Positions 10,039 to 21,914 are shown, numbered from the stretch's first letter. The stretch is 64,000 bases of DNA from an uncultured Methanomicrobiaceae archaeon (GCA_963826525.1 CAWGXH010000004.1:864001-928000), one strand, 5' to 3'. The notes: generated from the letters alone by a model not told the origin. Numbers and translations: made by a program.

Positions 10039-11089
10039 TTATGCGGCAAAGACATGAACGGCCGAGGCTTTGAACGTAGCGTAGACGTTTTCCCCCACCG
10101 CGAGGTTCATCGCGGCAACGCTCTGCGGTGTGAGCACGCCGATCAGAGGCTCCCCGATATCGATTATGATCCATGAGAACATCCCGTTTGGCCGGATATC
10201 AGTTATTACTCCCCGGTATGAGTTCCGTGCACTGGATATGATCGGTTCGGTCGAGATGATCACCTCTTCCGGCCGTATCCCGACGATGACCTCCCCCTCG
10301 ATATCGGTCAGTGCGGTGACGGTGATCCGTCCGAGGTCGATGGACGCCTCGGTACCGCGAACGGTTGAGATTCCCCTGACCATATTCTCCATCCCGGTGA
10401 AATTTGCGATGAATTCCGTATGCGGCCGCCTGAAGACCTCGTCGGGCGTCCCCACCTGGACGACCGTGCCGTTCTGCATCACGGCGGCACGATGAGCCAG
10501 CGCGAAGAGGTCTTCAAAGTGGTGAGTAATATGAATGACGGTGATCTTCGTCATCCGGTGGATCTGAATCAGTTCCCGGCGCAGCCGTTCCCGGGTGGTG
10601 GCGTCCAGTGCACTGAGCGGTTCGTCGAGGAGGAGAATCCTGGGTTTGATGATGAGGGCACGGGCGATTGCTGCCCGCTGCTGCTCTCCGCCGGAGAGCG
10701 TGCCCGGATACCGGTGGAGCAAGTGCCCGATACCAAGCATCTCCACCGCCTCCCTGACCTGTTCCCGGATTGCCGCCGGATCGATACTCCTCTGCCGGAG
10801 TCCGAATCCGATATTCTCCTCGACCGTCAGGTGGGGAAAGAGCATGTAGTCCTGGGTACACCATCCCCACTCCCCGCTCTTTCGGCTCCATCCGTGAGAT
10901 CTCATGCCCACCCATGGTGATGCTCCCCGCGTCGGGAGCGTGGATTCCCGCGATCGTTTCGAGGAGGATGGTCTTTCCGGCACCGGTAGGCCCAAGGATG
11001 ATGAAATACTCGCCGTCCTCGATGGAGAGGTTTACGTCGGTGAGGGAGAAACTGCCGAGGGTTTTAGCAAGTCCGGTAATCTGCAGCAT
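10039..11089 (-). CDS. Molybdate/tungstate ABC transporter ATP-binding subunit with TOBE domain; frameshift near 10856
   Basis: GPTGAGKT Walker A in one frame; QDYMLFPHLTV, LSGGEQQR, LLLDEP and TOBE-like FKASAVH in the next frame. Confidence 0.88.
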
Positions 11090-11105
11090 TTGTGCCCCCC
11101 TACCC

Positions 11106-11919
11106 CTAGAGTATCCTCGTCCCGTCGCCGTAGCGCTCGAAGATCAGAAGCGAAGCGAGAGCAATACCGATAAGGATGATCGATGCGGCGATGGCCTCGT
11201 TCAGTTCCCCGGTGGATATGTTCATGTAGACGGCGATCGGCAGGGTTTCCGTCTTCATCGTTGTAGCCCCTGCCAGGAGAAGCACCGCCCCGAACTCCCC
11301 GATGGATTTTGACCAGGTGATGACCAGACCCGCAATCAGCCCTTTTGTTGCGAGGGGAAGCGTGACCTGCCGGAATGCGCCCCAGTCGGAGCACCCGAGT
11401 GTTCGGGCGACGTATTCGTAGCGGGGATTGATCATCTCGAAGGCGGAACGGGTGACCCGGATCATGTAGGGAACGTTCACGAAGAACTGCGCCACGACGA
11501 TGGCGGTGACGGTGTACACGATATCGATGCCTGAAGCCCGTAGCACCGTCCCGACGAGGGACGGGCCGAAGAAGATCAGCAGGGCAACACCCGCCACGAG
11601 CGGTGGGAGAGACAGAGGGAGATTCACGATGACGTTGGCAAGCGATTTTCCAGGGAACGAGAATCGGGTCATTGCATAGGCGACCGGAACTGCTATGAGG
11701 ACGCAGAGTGCGGTGGAGACGGCTGAAGTGACCAGTGAGAGGCTCGACGGCGAAGAGGATCTCCGGAGACGTGAGGCTCGCCATGAGGTGCGACAGCGGC
11801 GGATAGAGGGCGAGCCCGCCGATGACGGCGGCTATAAAGATGACCAGGGCAGCCGATATCGCAAGAAACGTTGTGGAAAAGATGGTTGAGCCGGTGAATC
11901 TCCAATGTAATCTGCCCAT
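11106..11919 (-). CDS. modB: Molybdate/tungstate ABC transporter permease; frameshift near 11741
   Basis: LPLSLPPLVAGVALL, EAA-like loop ARTLG, VTLPLA, KSIGEFGA, TETLPIAVY. Confidence 0.85.
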
Positions 11920-12021
11920 ATGCCTAGCCCTGCAGCATTCTGCTTAGTTCTGCAATCCGGTCGCTGTGAGCCGGGGTGTGGGCTACTCCGGGGGCCATGC
12001 AGGGGTACTGCTCCCTGCCGC

Positions 12022-12838
12022 TCATGGTTCGATCCCTGCATACGTCGGGTCAGGGTAGGTCGGGAAGCCGTGTTTGGCGAATACTGCCTTTCCTTCGTCG
12101 GAGGCGACGAAATCAACAAACTGCCCGGCAAGATCCTGCTTCTTCGTGAAGGTGGTCGTGCCGATGGGAACGATCAGCGCCATGTTGTCCTCCAGCGGGA
12201 GCTGGATGGCCTCCATCGTTTCGAAGTTCATTTTATCGATGGTAATGAGCGTGGCGTCGGCGGTGCCCATGTTCATCGCTACGACGAGTTCGTTGATGGT
12301 GGGTGCGCGGAGGATGACATTCCCCTCAACTGCGTCCTCTATTCCATATTTTTTGAAGAGTTTGTCCCCTGCCTTGCCGATGGCGGTCTCATTGATTCCC
12401 CCGAGCGCAACCCTGATGCCGGGCATCGTGAAGTCCTCGATGGTCGTGATGTTTTCCGGATTGCCCTTTGCTACGGCGATCACGGGAACGTGGTAAGCGA
12501 CGTACTGCATCTGGTCGCTCACGAGACCCTTGTTCACGGCGATGGCATAGTCCGGTGTGCCTCCGGGAATAAAGACGTCGCCTTTGTGTGAGAGTTCCAT
12601 CTGCGTGATGAGAGACTCCGGAGCCTGCATAGGTGCACTCAATGGTAACGCCGTATTTTTCCCCGAACACGGAGCCGATCTCCTGCACTGGCGCTTTCAG
12701 TCCTGCGCCGGAATAGACGAAGAGTGTCTCGCCGGTGATCCCAGTGGTGACCGTCGGCTGCGTGCCGGTGCATCCTGCAAACAGGATACATCCGGCAAGG
12801 ATGACCATGAGAATAATAAGGGTGTTCTGTCGTTGCAT
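12022..12838 (-). CDS. modA: Molybdate ABC transporter substrate-binding lipoprotein; frameshift near 12615
   Basis: Lipobox FAGC, YSGAGLK, YAGSG, GDVFIPG, KGNPENI, FVASDEGKAVFAKHGF. Confidence 0.88.
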
Positions 12839-12889
12839 ATGAATCACGTCGAATGAAATCAATCTTACAATTTCATTTGGTGAAGGATG

Positions 12890-12934
12890 TCTATTAAAGT
12901 TTTATATTTATATTTTACAATTTAGTGTTGTAAA
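12890..12934 (-). promoter_or_regulatory. AT-rich promoter of the mod operon with inverted repeat TTTACAA-N7-TTGTAAA
   Basis: Perfect 7-bp inverted repeat at 12914-12920/12928-12934 next to TATA-like sequences upstream of modA. Confidence 0.5.
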
Positions 12935-13328
12935 CCATTATTATTTAATTACGATTTCGATCCATTTGCCTTGCCGTTCAGGTCAAGACTACCCTTGCAT
13001 GCCCATTATCCGGGTCGAATCCGCTGGAATTTCAACCCTCACAGAAGCCCACAGACAGCCGATCCCGGGTCGAGGCAGGGGATCCCTCCTCCCCAAATTA
13101 CTGTCGCTCATATTGCCGTTATAACTCAATATTCTTGCCGTCTTTATGGAATCTGGGCGATATTATCCGGAGAATACTTTTGCTGAAATCCGGCACCTGA
13201 AGTCAGTGTTAAAATCGGAAAATAACGATAATCCGACCGCCCTTCAGGGCAGAGTGAGGGTGGTATCCCCTCACCCGGGTGCCGGAACACCGCCCGCCCC
13301 GGCCATCCCGAGCACCACCGTCAAGTGC

Positions 13329-13511
13329 CTACCTGCTTGAAACGGCGCCGGTTGACGATGACGCAGGCGATTTTATCACTCTGGAGGAACCGATGCCTCT
13401 CTGCATCCTGATTTCAGCGATGAATTCTTCGATGCGACCGTTGTCGATCTGCGCGGATTTTCCTTTATAAATGTTCAGACCGCTCACAGACAGCACTGCC
13501 GGGCTCTGCAT
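13329..13511 (-). pseudogene. Possible N-terminal remnant of a tRNA-targeting site-specific integrase
   Basis: 60-aa ORF starting 57 nt past the tRNA-Ser 3' end. IEEFIAEIRMQRGIGSSRVIK resembles, from memory, N-termini of Methanomicrobiales tyrosine integrases. No catalytic domain follows. Confidence 0.35.
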
Positions 13512-13567
13512 GAAAGAGAGAACAGAAGAGAGTATGCTTTTTCAGCGACGGAAACCTGAATGATGAA

Positions 13568-13652
13568 CGCCGAGGGGGAGATTTGAACTCCCGAGGTGCC
13601 AAGCACCAGCGGCTTTCGAGGCCGCCGCCTTCCCGGACTAGACTACCTCGGC
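13568..13652 (-). tRNA. tRNA-Ser(CGA)
   Basis: GCCGAGG acceptor stem, anticodon arm GCGGC-CT-CGA-AA-GCCGC, long variable arm, T-arm GGGAG-TTCAAAT-CTCCC, discriminator G. Confidence 0.95.
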
Positions 13653-13911
13653 TTACGTCACGGGCTTATTATTTTTCTCTTCGACACCTATAATGGTATC
13701 GAATTCGATGATCGCAGACTGATCATCATCCCCTGAAGGGTGCGTGCTCATCTACGCTGCCAGCATCGGCGAAACCTACGAAGAAGCCCTGCTCTCGTAC
13801 AGTATCAATTTCGCTACGGTTCTCATCTTCTCCGAGGGCAGGAGCCTTGCAGAGGGAAAAAATGAGGAAGGCGAAGTTGATATCTTCCTGACCGGATCTG
13901 CGTGGGTAAGA

Positions 13912-15511
13912 TTATCCCATCCCTGGAGCGCCGCTGCTTCCGGACTGGGTGATCATCATGTCGTCGACACGGATGAGCAGGCTTGCGGTCTCCGCGCCGC
14001 TCTTGATCGCCTGGGTCTTCACCCTGAGGGGCTCGATGACACCTGCAGCCTTCATATCGACAATCTCGCCGGTGTAGACGTCGAGGCCGGCATACCTGTT
14101 CCCTTCAGAGTGTGCCGTCTTGAGCGCCACCAGCTTGTCGATGGGGTCGAATCCTGAGTTTTCCGCGAGGGTGCGGGGGATGACTTCGAATGCGGATGCG
14201 AATGCTTCGATGGCGAGCTGGACACGTCCGCCGACGGTTGCCGCGTAGTCGCGGATGCGGAGCAGGAGTTCGGTCTCGACCGAACCGCCGCCGACGACGA
14301 ATTTTCCGTCTTCGAGGGCATCTTCAACGACACGGGCGGCGTCGTAGACCGCACGCTCAAGTTCGTCGAGGAGCAGGCTGGGTGCTTCCCCGCAGCAGGA
14401 TCGTGACGGCCTTTGCGTTCTGGCAGCCTGACAGGATGGTGAGGTCGGCATCGGCGAGCTCCCCCACTTTCTCGGCGCGGCCGAGCGTCTCGGAGGTGAG
14501 TTCGTCGGGTTTGTTGACAATCGTGGCGCAGGTCGCCCGGGCGGCGTACTTCAAGTCCTTCTCGGGGACGTTCTCAAATGCCATGACGCCCTTCTTGCCG
14601 AGGTAGAACTGCACGGCGTCTGCGATGCCCTTCTGGCAGAGCACGACGTTTGCGCCGGTTCCGACAATCGTGTCGGCGAGTCTCTTTAAGGCTTCCTGCT
14701 CCTGCTCGGAGAACGCCTTCACCTGGTCTGCGGAGGTGATCTTGATCTTGGCCTTCATCTGGGTCTTGGTGATCTCGAGCGGCGTCGCGATCAGAGCGAC
14801 CCGTGCATCCGTGACCGTGCGGGGCATCTGTTCGCTGACACGCTTCTTGGCGATGACGGTTCCGCGAATAGACTCGGCGTCGTCCATCCGCTCGCCGACC
14901 TGCGTCTTGATCATCACGTCGTCCTCATCGACGACGATCCTGCCGGCATCGGTCTTCTCCGCAACCTGTGTCACGGCGTCCACGACGATCTCACTGAGTT
15001 TTTCCTTCACTGCCTCGATGGACTTGCCGGTCATAGCGGTATCGGCGATCCTGATGAGGTTCTTGCGGTCGTCAAATCCGATCGTGATCGCAAGATCGTC
15101 GAGGATCTCCATAGCCTTGTTCATGCCGAGCAGGTAGCCGTGGGAGATGACGGTGGGGTGAATCTCCTGGGTGAGGAGCCCTTCCGCCGCTTCCATCAGG
15201 GAACCGACGAGGACGGTTGCGGTGGTGGTGCCGTCTCCGACTTCGTTATCCTGTGTCTCTGCGACCTCGACGACCAGTTTCGCAGCCGGGTGCTGCACCG
15301 ATATTTCATGAAGGATGGTCGCACCGTCGTTCGTGATCACCACGTCGCCGGAGGGGCTTACGAGCATCTTATCCATGCCCCGGGGGCCGAGCGTTGTGCG
15401 TACGGCGGCAGCGATAGCCTTCGCTGCCATAATGTTCGAGCGCTGAGCCTCGTGGCCACGAGTGCGCTCCACATTTTCCCGTAAAATAATAATGGGTTGT
15501 CCAGCAAGCAT
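13912..15511 (-). CDS. Thermosome (group II chaperonin) subunit; frameshift near 14376
   Basis: [24 protein letters not shown] in the first frame; [23 protein letters not shown] in the second frame. Confidence 0.95.
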
Positions 15512-15548
15512 CAATAAGTCCTCCTTTTACCGTAAGGTTTGAATTGAG

Positions 15549-15560
15549 GTTCTATATATG
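15549..15560 (-). promoter_or_regulatory. TATA box of the thermosome gene (CATATATAGAAC)
   Basis: TATA-like element about 40 nt upstream of the start, with an AGGAGG RBS in between. Confidence 0.5.
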
Positions 15561-15632
15561 CATATCGATGGGGTGTCCACCATGCGGGGTGTGAGCAGCG
15601 GATGGAATACATCTGCACTATATCGGAGTCCT

Positions 15633-16253
15633 CTAGTCAAGTCTGGTGATCCTGAAGAGAGAATGCACCGGAACGCCTTCGATCTCCCGGAGACTGCGTT
15701 TGTCGAAGAGTACCCATATGGCAAGGGGCGTCGCCCCATGCCGGCGGAGATACTGGACAGCTTCGCTCAATGTCCTGCCGGTCGTGATCACGTCGTCGAT
15801 GATGATGCACCGCTGACCGTTCACGCCCGCAAAGGTTCCGGAAAGAGAGCCTGCCGGGTTCTCGCCGTGGCTGTGCTTGGCAGGATGGTAGATGGCAATA
15901 TTCAGCCCCTCCTCCGCGGCGATGAGCGTAGCAAGCGGCACTCCGGAGATTTCGACGCCGACGACCACATCGGGGAGTTCGGGGACGGTGCGGGACTGCC
16001 CCCGCCCGGCATCACCGAGGTACAGGAAGCGTTTGAGCATTACCATCCCCATATCGTTCAGCAGTGCCGCCTGTCCGCTCACCGTCGTCCAGTCGATATG
16101 GACGTCTTTCGGGACGTCGGCATCCTTCGGCTGAGTGAGCAGCCAGGTGACCGTCTCCATGGAGAGGCTCAGCTCGTCGGCGATCTGGTTCGGACTATGC
16201 GCCTCTGCCTGGAGTGTTTTTGCCTTTTTTATCATCTCATCGAGCGAGGACAT
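15633..16253 (-). CDS. gfcR: HTH plus phosphoribosyltransferase-domain protein (orotate PRTase-like, GfcR-type regulator)
   Basis: N-terminal HTH QIADELSLSMETVTWLL, PKDVHIDW, PRPP motif IIDDVITTGRT. Confidence 0.8.
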   Translation of the reverse strand: MSSLDEMIKKAKTLQAEAHSPNQIADELSLSMETVTWLLTQPKDADVPKDVHIDWTTVSGQAALLNDMGMVMLKRFLYLGDAGRGQSRTVPELPDVVVGVEISGVPLATLIAAEEGLNIAIYHPAKHSHGENPAGSLSGTFAGVNGQRCIIIDDVITTGRTLSEAVQYLRRHGATPLAIWVLFDKRSLREIEGVPVHSLFRITRLD

Positions 16254-16274
16254 GGAAAAGAGATTTCCGGCGAT

Positions 16275-16730
16275 CTATTTAAGTTTTCTTTTAATTGCTG
16301 CCCCGCATACCGGGCACTCCCCCGCCTCGCGGTAGTACCGGCCGCACCCGCTGCACCGGAAGCGCCACCGGACCGGCCGTGCCGAACGCTGGTGGATGCT
16401 CCGGGTGGTGACCTTCAGGCGGTGGGCGACGTTCTGGATGGCGAAATCGTCGGTCACGAGCACGGCCGAGAGTTCAAGCGCCAGGGTGAGGATCTCCCGA
16501 TCGGTTCCGGAGAGCCTCTCCGCATCCCCGCATTCCGCTGCCGCCGTCTCCACCGCGCCGCGGTAGCGTTCGTCCGGCTCCCTGACGACGAGCCCCGTTG
16601 CCAGGAGCGCCTCATAGCGGCATTTCGATCGGAGATCGACGAGTTCAGCGACGACCGACGGGGTGGTGTACACCTCTCCGGTAACGGGAAGATCGGAGAA
16701 GAAGACCGAGGTATCGAGGACGGATATCAT
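16275..16730 (-). CDS. nob1: Nob1-family rRNA maturation endonuclease (PIN plus Zn ribbon)
   Basis: VLDTS, LSGTD, VTDDFAIQN, CSGCG...CPVCG. Confidence 0.9.
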   Translation of the reverse strand: MISVLDTSVFFSDLPVTGEVYTTPSVVAELVDLRSKCRYEALLATGLVVREPDERYRGAVETAAAECGDAERLSGTDREILTLALELSAVLVTDDFAIQNVAHRLKVTTRSIHQRSARPVRWRFRCSGCGRYYREAGECPVCGAAIKRKLK

Positions 16731-17714
16731 GCTTCAAACCTAACGAGGGTGGTGCTCCTGCGGCAGCGGATGGGATACCCGAACTCTTCGAGGAGCCAGC
16801 AGACCGTCTCCGCGTGAAGCGAAAGCGTATGGGTGCTGTACGTACCGCCGTAGGTCGCGAGGTAGACGAGGAGCTGGTCGGCGAGATAGACGTCCACGGT
16901 CCCAGGCTGCTCCATCTCACGAAGCAGCCTCTTGGCGGCAGTTCTCCCGACATCCTCTGCGGGGAGGCCAGGCCTCCCGAGCGCACTGCCGCCCTTCGCC
17001 CCTGCCCAGACGGTGATCGAACTGCCGGTGCTCGCCCCATCTCTTCGTGCATCGAAGATGGCAGGAACTGCCGGCATCCCTGCTTCGGCAAGGAGGTCTC
17101 AGGGCAGCATCGGCCTGCCGGCGGATGACGTGGTCCGGGAGGTTGGCCGAGCAGGAAGCGATCCCGTAGGACAGGGCATCGCCAGCCGGCATTATCGGCG
17201 AGAGGCGTGATGGCTTGACGCTGACCGTGACAAGCCCGCCCCCGCGGGGGAAGTAGCCCCGCTCCGCTACCTCGATCCCGACGGCTGCCCCGTGGCACCG
17301 GAGCACGCCCGCAAGCAGATGGTCAACGTAATCGATCGTCGGGCTCCACGCCACCTCAGTCCCGCCCGTGACCGTCAGACTCCCACCGACAGAGAGTGCC
17401 ACCGGGAGCCAGGCCTGCAGGACGAGCGGGATGCTTCCCGCCGTATCAATCCGGACGGTGCTCTCCCTGTGGGTGGGCTTCCCGGGAGAGAAAACGAGCC
17501 TGTCGCTCCCTGGGGTGAGCCCTTCCGTCGTGGCGTCCGTAACCGCCGCCACCGCCTGCACCGCAGCGATATGCTGGGGGGCAAGTCCGGGGTTTTTCCT
17601 CCCTGCACGTATCCGCTCTATCGTAACCGGCGTTGCCGAGAGTGCCGAGAGTGCGACGGCGGCGCGGAGGATCTGGCCGCCCCCTTCGAGGTGCGATCCG
17701 TCGATAGTCAGCAT
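16727..17714 (-). CDS. rtcA: RNA 3'-terminal phosphate cyclase; frameshift near 17095
   Basis: IDGSHLEGGGQILR, IRAGRKNPGLAPQH, GGTEVAWSP, GYFPRGGG, VDVYLADQL. Confidence 0.9.
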
Positions 17715-18557
17715 TGCCGGAGCCTTTCTGCGATTGCGCCTGCCGCGGAGATGCAACTCGTGGCGTTCTCGTAGGTATCGCTCGATGCGACCGAGGCGAC
17801 TCCTGCCGCCCGGAGTCGGGCATAGGCGCCGCTCGAGAGGACGCCGTGGACGCAGACGGCGTGAACAGCAGTTGCCCCCTGCCGGTAGAGCATCCCTGTG
17901 GCAGTGGCGAGCGTGCCCCCGGTGGAGATGATGTCGTCGACGATGACAACCTCACGGGATGCGGCGGGGAGTGTCTTTGGCTCCATCCTGACCGTATCTC
18001 CGGAGAGACGCGTCTTCTCGAGGTGATCGGTGTCCCACCCGCCGACAGCCGCTACGTCCGCCGCAAATCCTGCTGCACCGTCATCGGGCGCGAGGATCAG
18101 GGGATTTTTGATCCCGAGATTGCGGATATATCCGCCGACTGCCGGAGCGATGGAGATGTTCGTCGCCGGGGCATCGAAGTACCTGGAGTACTGCCGGATC
18201 GTGGATGTTCACAACGAAGATGCGATCGACACCCCGGGAGAGTGCCCGTGCGACTGCCCGGGCGCTGATCGGCTCTCCGGCCGTGAACCTCTTGTCCTGC
18301 CGGGCGTAGCCGAGGTAAGGGAGCACGAGTGTTATCCGGGACGTATCGCATGCGTCGATAGCAAGCAGGGTCTGCACGAGAGCATCGTTGTCGACGACGC
18401 TTGCGACGATGATCGTCTCCTCATCGATCTCCCCTGCTCGGAGGTACAATTCCCCGTCCGGAAAGCGGTTAAATTTCGTATCGAGAAGCTGATATCCCGT
18501 GATTTCCGAAACTCTTGCTGCAAGCACCTGAGACCGTTCTGTACTGATAATCTTCAT
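17708..18557 (-). CDS. prs: Ribose-phosphate pyrophosphokinase; frameshift near 18182
   Basis: FPDGELY, PYLGYARQDKRF, LAPDDGA, KTRLSG, VDDIISTGGT, CVHG. Confidence 0.92.
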
Positions 18558-18638
18558 TCCTCACCTTTTGCTGAAAGTACTTAAACTATCATGAATAAAT
18601 TATATAAGTACCATGGCAGCAAAGAGGTAAACTCGACG

Positions 18639-20582
18639 ATGGATCCAACCACAACACAAGATATTCCCGACATTGAGCTCACGAGCGATGAACTGGCTGA
18701 CATTGACGTCTTTGCCGGTCTCGAGCTGAGCGCATCGTCCGATATCGAAGTGCCCCCAAAGCTCATCGATCAAGTCATCGGTCAGGAGCATGCCACCGAG
18801 GTGATGAAGAAGGCTGCAACCCAGCGGCGGCATGTGATGATGATCGGCAGCCCGGGAACCGGAAAGTCCATGCTCGCTAAAGCGATGGCTGAACTCCTCC
18901 CGAAAGAGGAGATGCAGGACATCCTTGTCTATCCGAACCCTGAAGACTCAAATAACCCGATAATCCGAACTGTACCTTCCGGAAGAGGGAAACAGATCGT
19001 CAATGCGCACAAGATGGAGGCGCGAAAGAAGCTCCAGATGAGAAATACCCTCATCATGCTCCTCCTCATCGGTATCGTCGGCTACGCGCTCATAACCTAC
19101 CAGTGGCTGATGGGTATCATCGCAGCGGCATTCGTCTTCATGGCACTGCGCTACTCGACGCCGCGCGAGGATGCGATGGTGCCGAAACTGCTGATCAACC
19201 ACGATGCAAGCAGCATAGCCCCGTTCATCGATGCGACCGGGACCCACGCAGGAGCACTCCTCGGCGATGTCCGGCATGACCCGTTCCAGAGCGGTGGGCT
19301 TGAGACGCCGTCGCACGATCGCGTCGAGGCAGGGGCCATCCACCGGTCGCACGGCGGTGTCCTGTTCATCGATGAGATAAACACGCTGACACCTCACTCC
19401 CAGCAGAACCTGCTGACCGCGTTGCAGGAAGGCGCGTTCCCGATCACCGGTCAGAGCGAGCGCTCGAGCGGAGCGATGGTGCGGACCGAGCCGGTGCCGT
19501 GCCGGTTCGTGATGGTGGCGGCAGGCAATATCGATGCCGTCCAGGGAATGCACCCCGCACTCAGGTCACGTATCCGTGGATACGGATACGAGATCTACAT
19601 GAAGGAGTCGATGGAAGACACTCCCGAAAACCGCCGCAAGTTCATTCGGTTTATCGCGCAGGAGGTCAAGAACGACGGGAAGATACCGCACTTCGACCGG
19701 AGCGCCATCGTGGAAGTGATCCGCGAGGCACGCCGCCGGTCGAACCGGAAAGGCCACTTAACCCTCAAACTTCGTGATATGGGCGGCCTTATCCGGGTCG
19801 CAGGCGACCTTGCCCGCCAGGAAGGTGCCGAGTTCACCTCCTCAAAGCATGTGATCACCGCAAAGACGACTGCACGCTCTATCGAGGATCAGATCTCCGA
19901 CGAATACATCCGGAGAAGCCGCGACTACGATATCACGGTCGTCGAGGGCAACCAGGTCGGCCGGGTGAACGGTCTTGCGGTGATGGGCTCCGACAGTGGG
20001 TCGGTGCTCCCTATCATGGCGGAGGTCACTCCGAGCCAGGGCGCCAACGGCAGTGTCATCGCCACGGGTCTTCTGAAGGAGATCGCCCAGGAGTCGATCA
20101 AGAACGTCAGCGCGCTCATCAAGAAGTTCACCGGCAAGGACATCCGGAACATGGATATCCATATCCAGTTCATCGGCACCTACCAGGGTGTCGAGGGCGA
20201 CTCCGCCTCAATCAGTGTCGCCACCGCCGTCATAAGCGCCATCGAGAATATTCCCGTCCGCCAGGACGTCGCCATGACCGGGTCGCTCTCGGTTCGGGGC
20301 GATGTCCTCCCCATCGGCGGTGTCACCTATAAGATCGAGGCTGCTGCCAAGGCCGGGATCAAGAAGGTGATCATCCCGCGGTCGAACCTCGACGATGTCC
20401 TCATCGAGGAACGGTATCGCCAGATGGTGGAGATCGTTCCGGTAGCGCATATCGAAGAGGTCCTCCAGAACGCTCTCGTGCCCGAGAACCGCGAAGGTTT
20501 CCTCTCGAAACTGCGGAAGATGGCGGCGGTTCACCAGGCCCCGGTGATCTTCGACCCGAATGTCGGCCACACGCTGGTATGA
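18639..20582 (+). CDS. lonB: Membrane-anchored ATP-dependent protease LonB
   Basis: Walker A GSPGTGKS, two TM helices, FIDEIN, HPALRSR, GDSAS catalytic Ser and KIEAA Lys. ATG at 18639 follows a GAGGT RBS, with TTATATAA upstream. Confidence 0.95.
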   Translation: MDPTTTQDIPDIELTSDELADIDVFAGLELSASSDIEVPPKLIDQVIGQEHATEVMKKAATQRRHVMMIGSPGTGKSMLAKAMAELLPKEEMQDILVYPNPEDSNNPIIRTVPSGRGKQIVNAHKMEARKKLQMRNTLIMLLLIGIVGYALITYQWLMGIIAAAFVFMALRYSTPREDAMVPKLLINHDASSIAPFIDATGTHAGALLGDVRHDPFQSGGLETPSHDRVEAGAIHRSHGGVLFIDEINTLTPHSQQNLLTALQEGAFPITGQSERSSGAMVRTEPVPCRFVMVAAGNIDAVQGMHPALRSRIRGYGYEIYMKESMEDTPENRRKFIRFIAQEVKNDGKIPHFDRSAIVEVIREARRRSNRKGHLTLKLRDMGGLIRVAGDLARQEGAEFTSSKHVITAKTTARSIEDQISDEYIRRSRDYDITVVEGNQVGRVNGLAVMGSDSGSVLPIMAEVTPSQGANGSVIATGLLKEIAQESIKNVSALIKKFTGKDIRNMDIHIQFIGTYQGVEGDSASISVATAVISAIENIPVRQDVAMTGSLSVRGDVLPIGGVTYKIEAAAKAGIKKVIIPRSNLDDVLIEERYRQMVEIVPVAHIEEVLQNALVPENREGFLSKLRKMAAVHQAPVIFDPNVGHTLV

Positions 20583-20588
20583 TGCCGT

Positions 20589-21914
20589 ATGGAACCACGC
20601 TACTATGATATCAGGTGCGTGCGCGGGGAGATCACCTCGGTCGAGATCGACAATGGCGTGATCGAGTCCGCAGGCACATCCTTTTTTGACAACGCCGTTG
20701 TGCGGGTGCTCGGGCCTGCCGGGTGGGGTGTTCTTACGCTCGACCACGCCGACCTCGACTCGCGCCGTGCCCGGAATGACGTCATCTCATCGGCGATGCG
20801 TCTTGCCGGGATCACGGAGGACAGGGTCGATCTTGCCCCCGCTCCTCACGGCGTTCTCGCATCCCCGCCGCTCCGCGAAGATCCCCGGAGTGTGGATCTC
20901 GAGGAGAAGACCCGTCTCCTCGCGGATATCGAATCGGCCGCACGCCTCCCTGAGGTGGTGAATACCCGCGCCCGGTACACGGAAGGAGTCGATCAGGTCA
21001 GATTCCTGGATTCAAGCGGCAACGAGGCGTCGTACGAGATCGTCAGGAGCGGCTTCTCCGTCATCGCGGTGGCCTCGCGTAACGGTATGATGCAGATGGG
21101 CAGCGAACGTGATCACATCACCACCGGGTTCAACCTCCGGGATAAACAGAGTCTCGGGCGGAAGGCCGCCGAGACGGCCGTCGCACTCCTCGACGCGGGT
21201 CTTGCGAAGGGTGGGGCGGTGAACGCCGTCCTCGACCCGGAGCTCGCCGGCGTCTTCACGCACGAGGCGGTCGGCCATGCGAGCGAGGGTGACCTGATCC
21301 GGGAAGGAAACTCCGTCCTTAAAGGAAAGATCGGGGAGACCATCGGGTGTCCCGGGCTCGTCATCGTCGACGACCCCTCCCTCCCCGAGTTCGGGTTCGA
21401 CCCGGTCGACGCCGAGGGCGTGGCGCCCGGCAGAACCGAGATCATCAGGGACGGCGTCCTTACCGCGTACCTCCACAACCGGGAGACGCTCGCCGCCGTC
21501 GGTGACGGTATCGCCGGACACGCCCGGGCGGAACACGGTGCTCCCCCCCAGGTCAGGATGAGCAACACCTTCATCGAGAACGGGGATGCGACCCGGGACG
21601 AGATCCTTGCCGAATGCAGAGATGGTATTCTGCTGATCGGCTCCCGCGGCGGTCAGGTCGATCCGGGCCGCGGGGTCTTCCAGTTCAACGCCGAGTTCGG
21701 CTACCTCATCGAGAACGGCGAAACGACCCGGATGGTCAGGGACGTCTCGCTCTCCGGCGAGATCCTCAAAACACTTCACGATATCGCCCTTATCGGGAAC
21801 GACCGGAAGATGCACCCCGGGTACTGCGGGAAAGGCGGGCAGACCGTCCCGGTCAGCGACGGAGCGCCGCATCTCCTGCTTAAAAACGCCATGGTTGGAG
21901 GGCGCGGATCATGA
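20589..21914 (+). CDS. tldD: TldD-family metalloprotease
   Basis: HEAVGH metal motif, DAEGV, RMSNT, CGKGGQ, GAPHL. Confidence 0.92.
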   Translation: MEPRYYDIRCVRGEITSVEIDNGVIESAGTSFFDNAVVRVLGPAGWGVLTLDHADLDSRRARNDVISSAMRLAGITEDRVDLAPAPHGVLASPPLREDPRSVDLEEKTRLLADIESAARLPEVVNTRARYTEGVDQVRFLDSSGNEASYEIVRSGFSVIAVASRNGMMQMGSERDHITTGFNLRDKQSLGRKAAETAVALLDAGLAKGGAVNAVLDPELAGVFTHEAVGHASEGDLIREGNSVLKGKIGETIGCPGLVIVDDPSLPEFGFDPVDAEGVAPGRTEIIRDGVLTAYLHNRETLAAVGDGIAGHARAEHGAPPQVRMSNTFIENGDATRDEILAECRDGILLIGSRGGQVDPGRGVFQFNAEFGYLIENGETTRMVRDVSLSGEILKTLHDIALIGNDRKMHPGYCGKGGQTVPVSDGAPHLLLKNAMVGGRGS

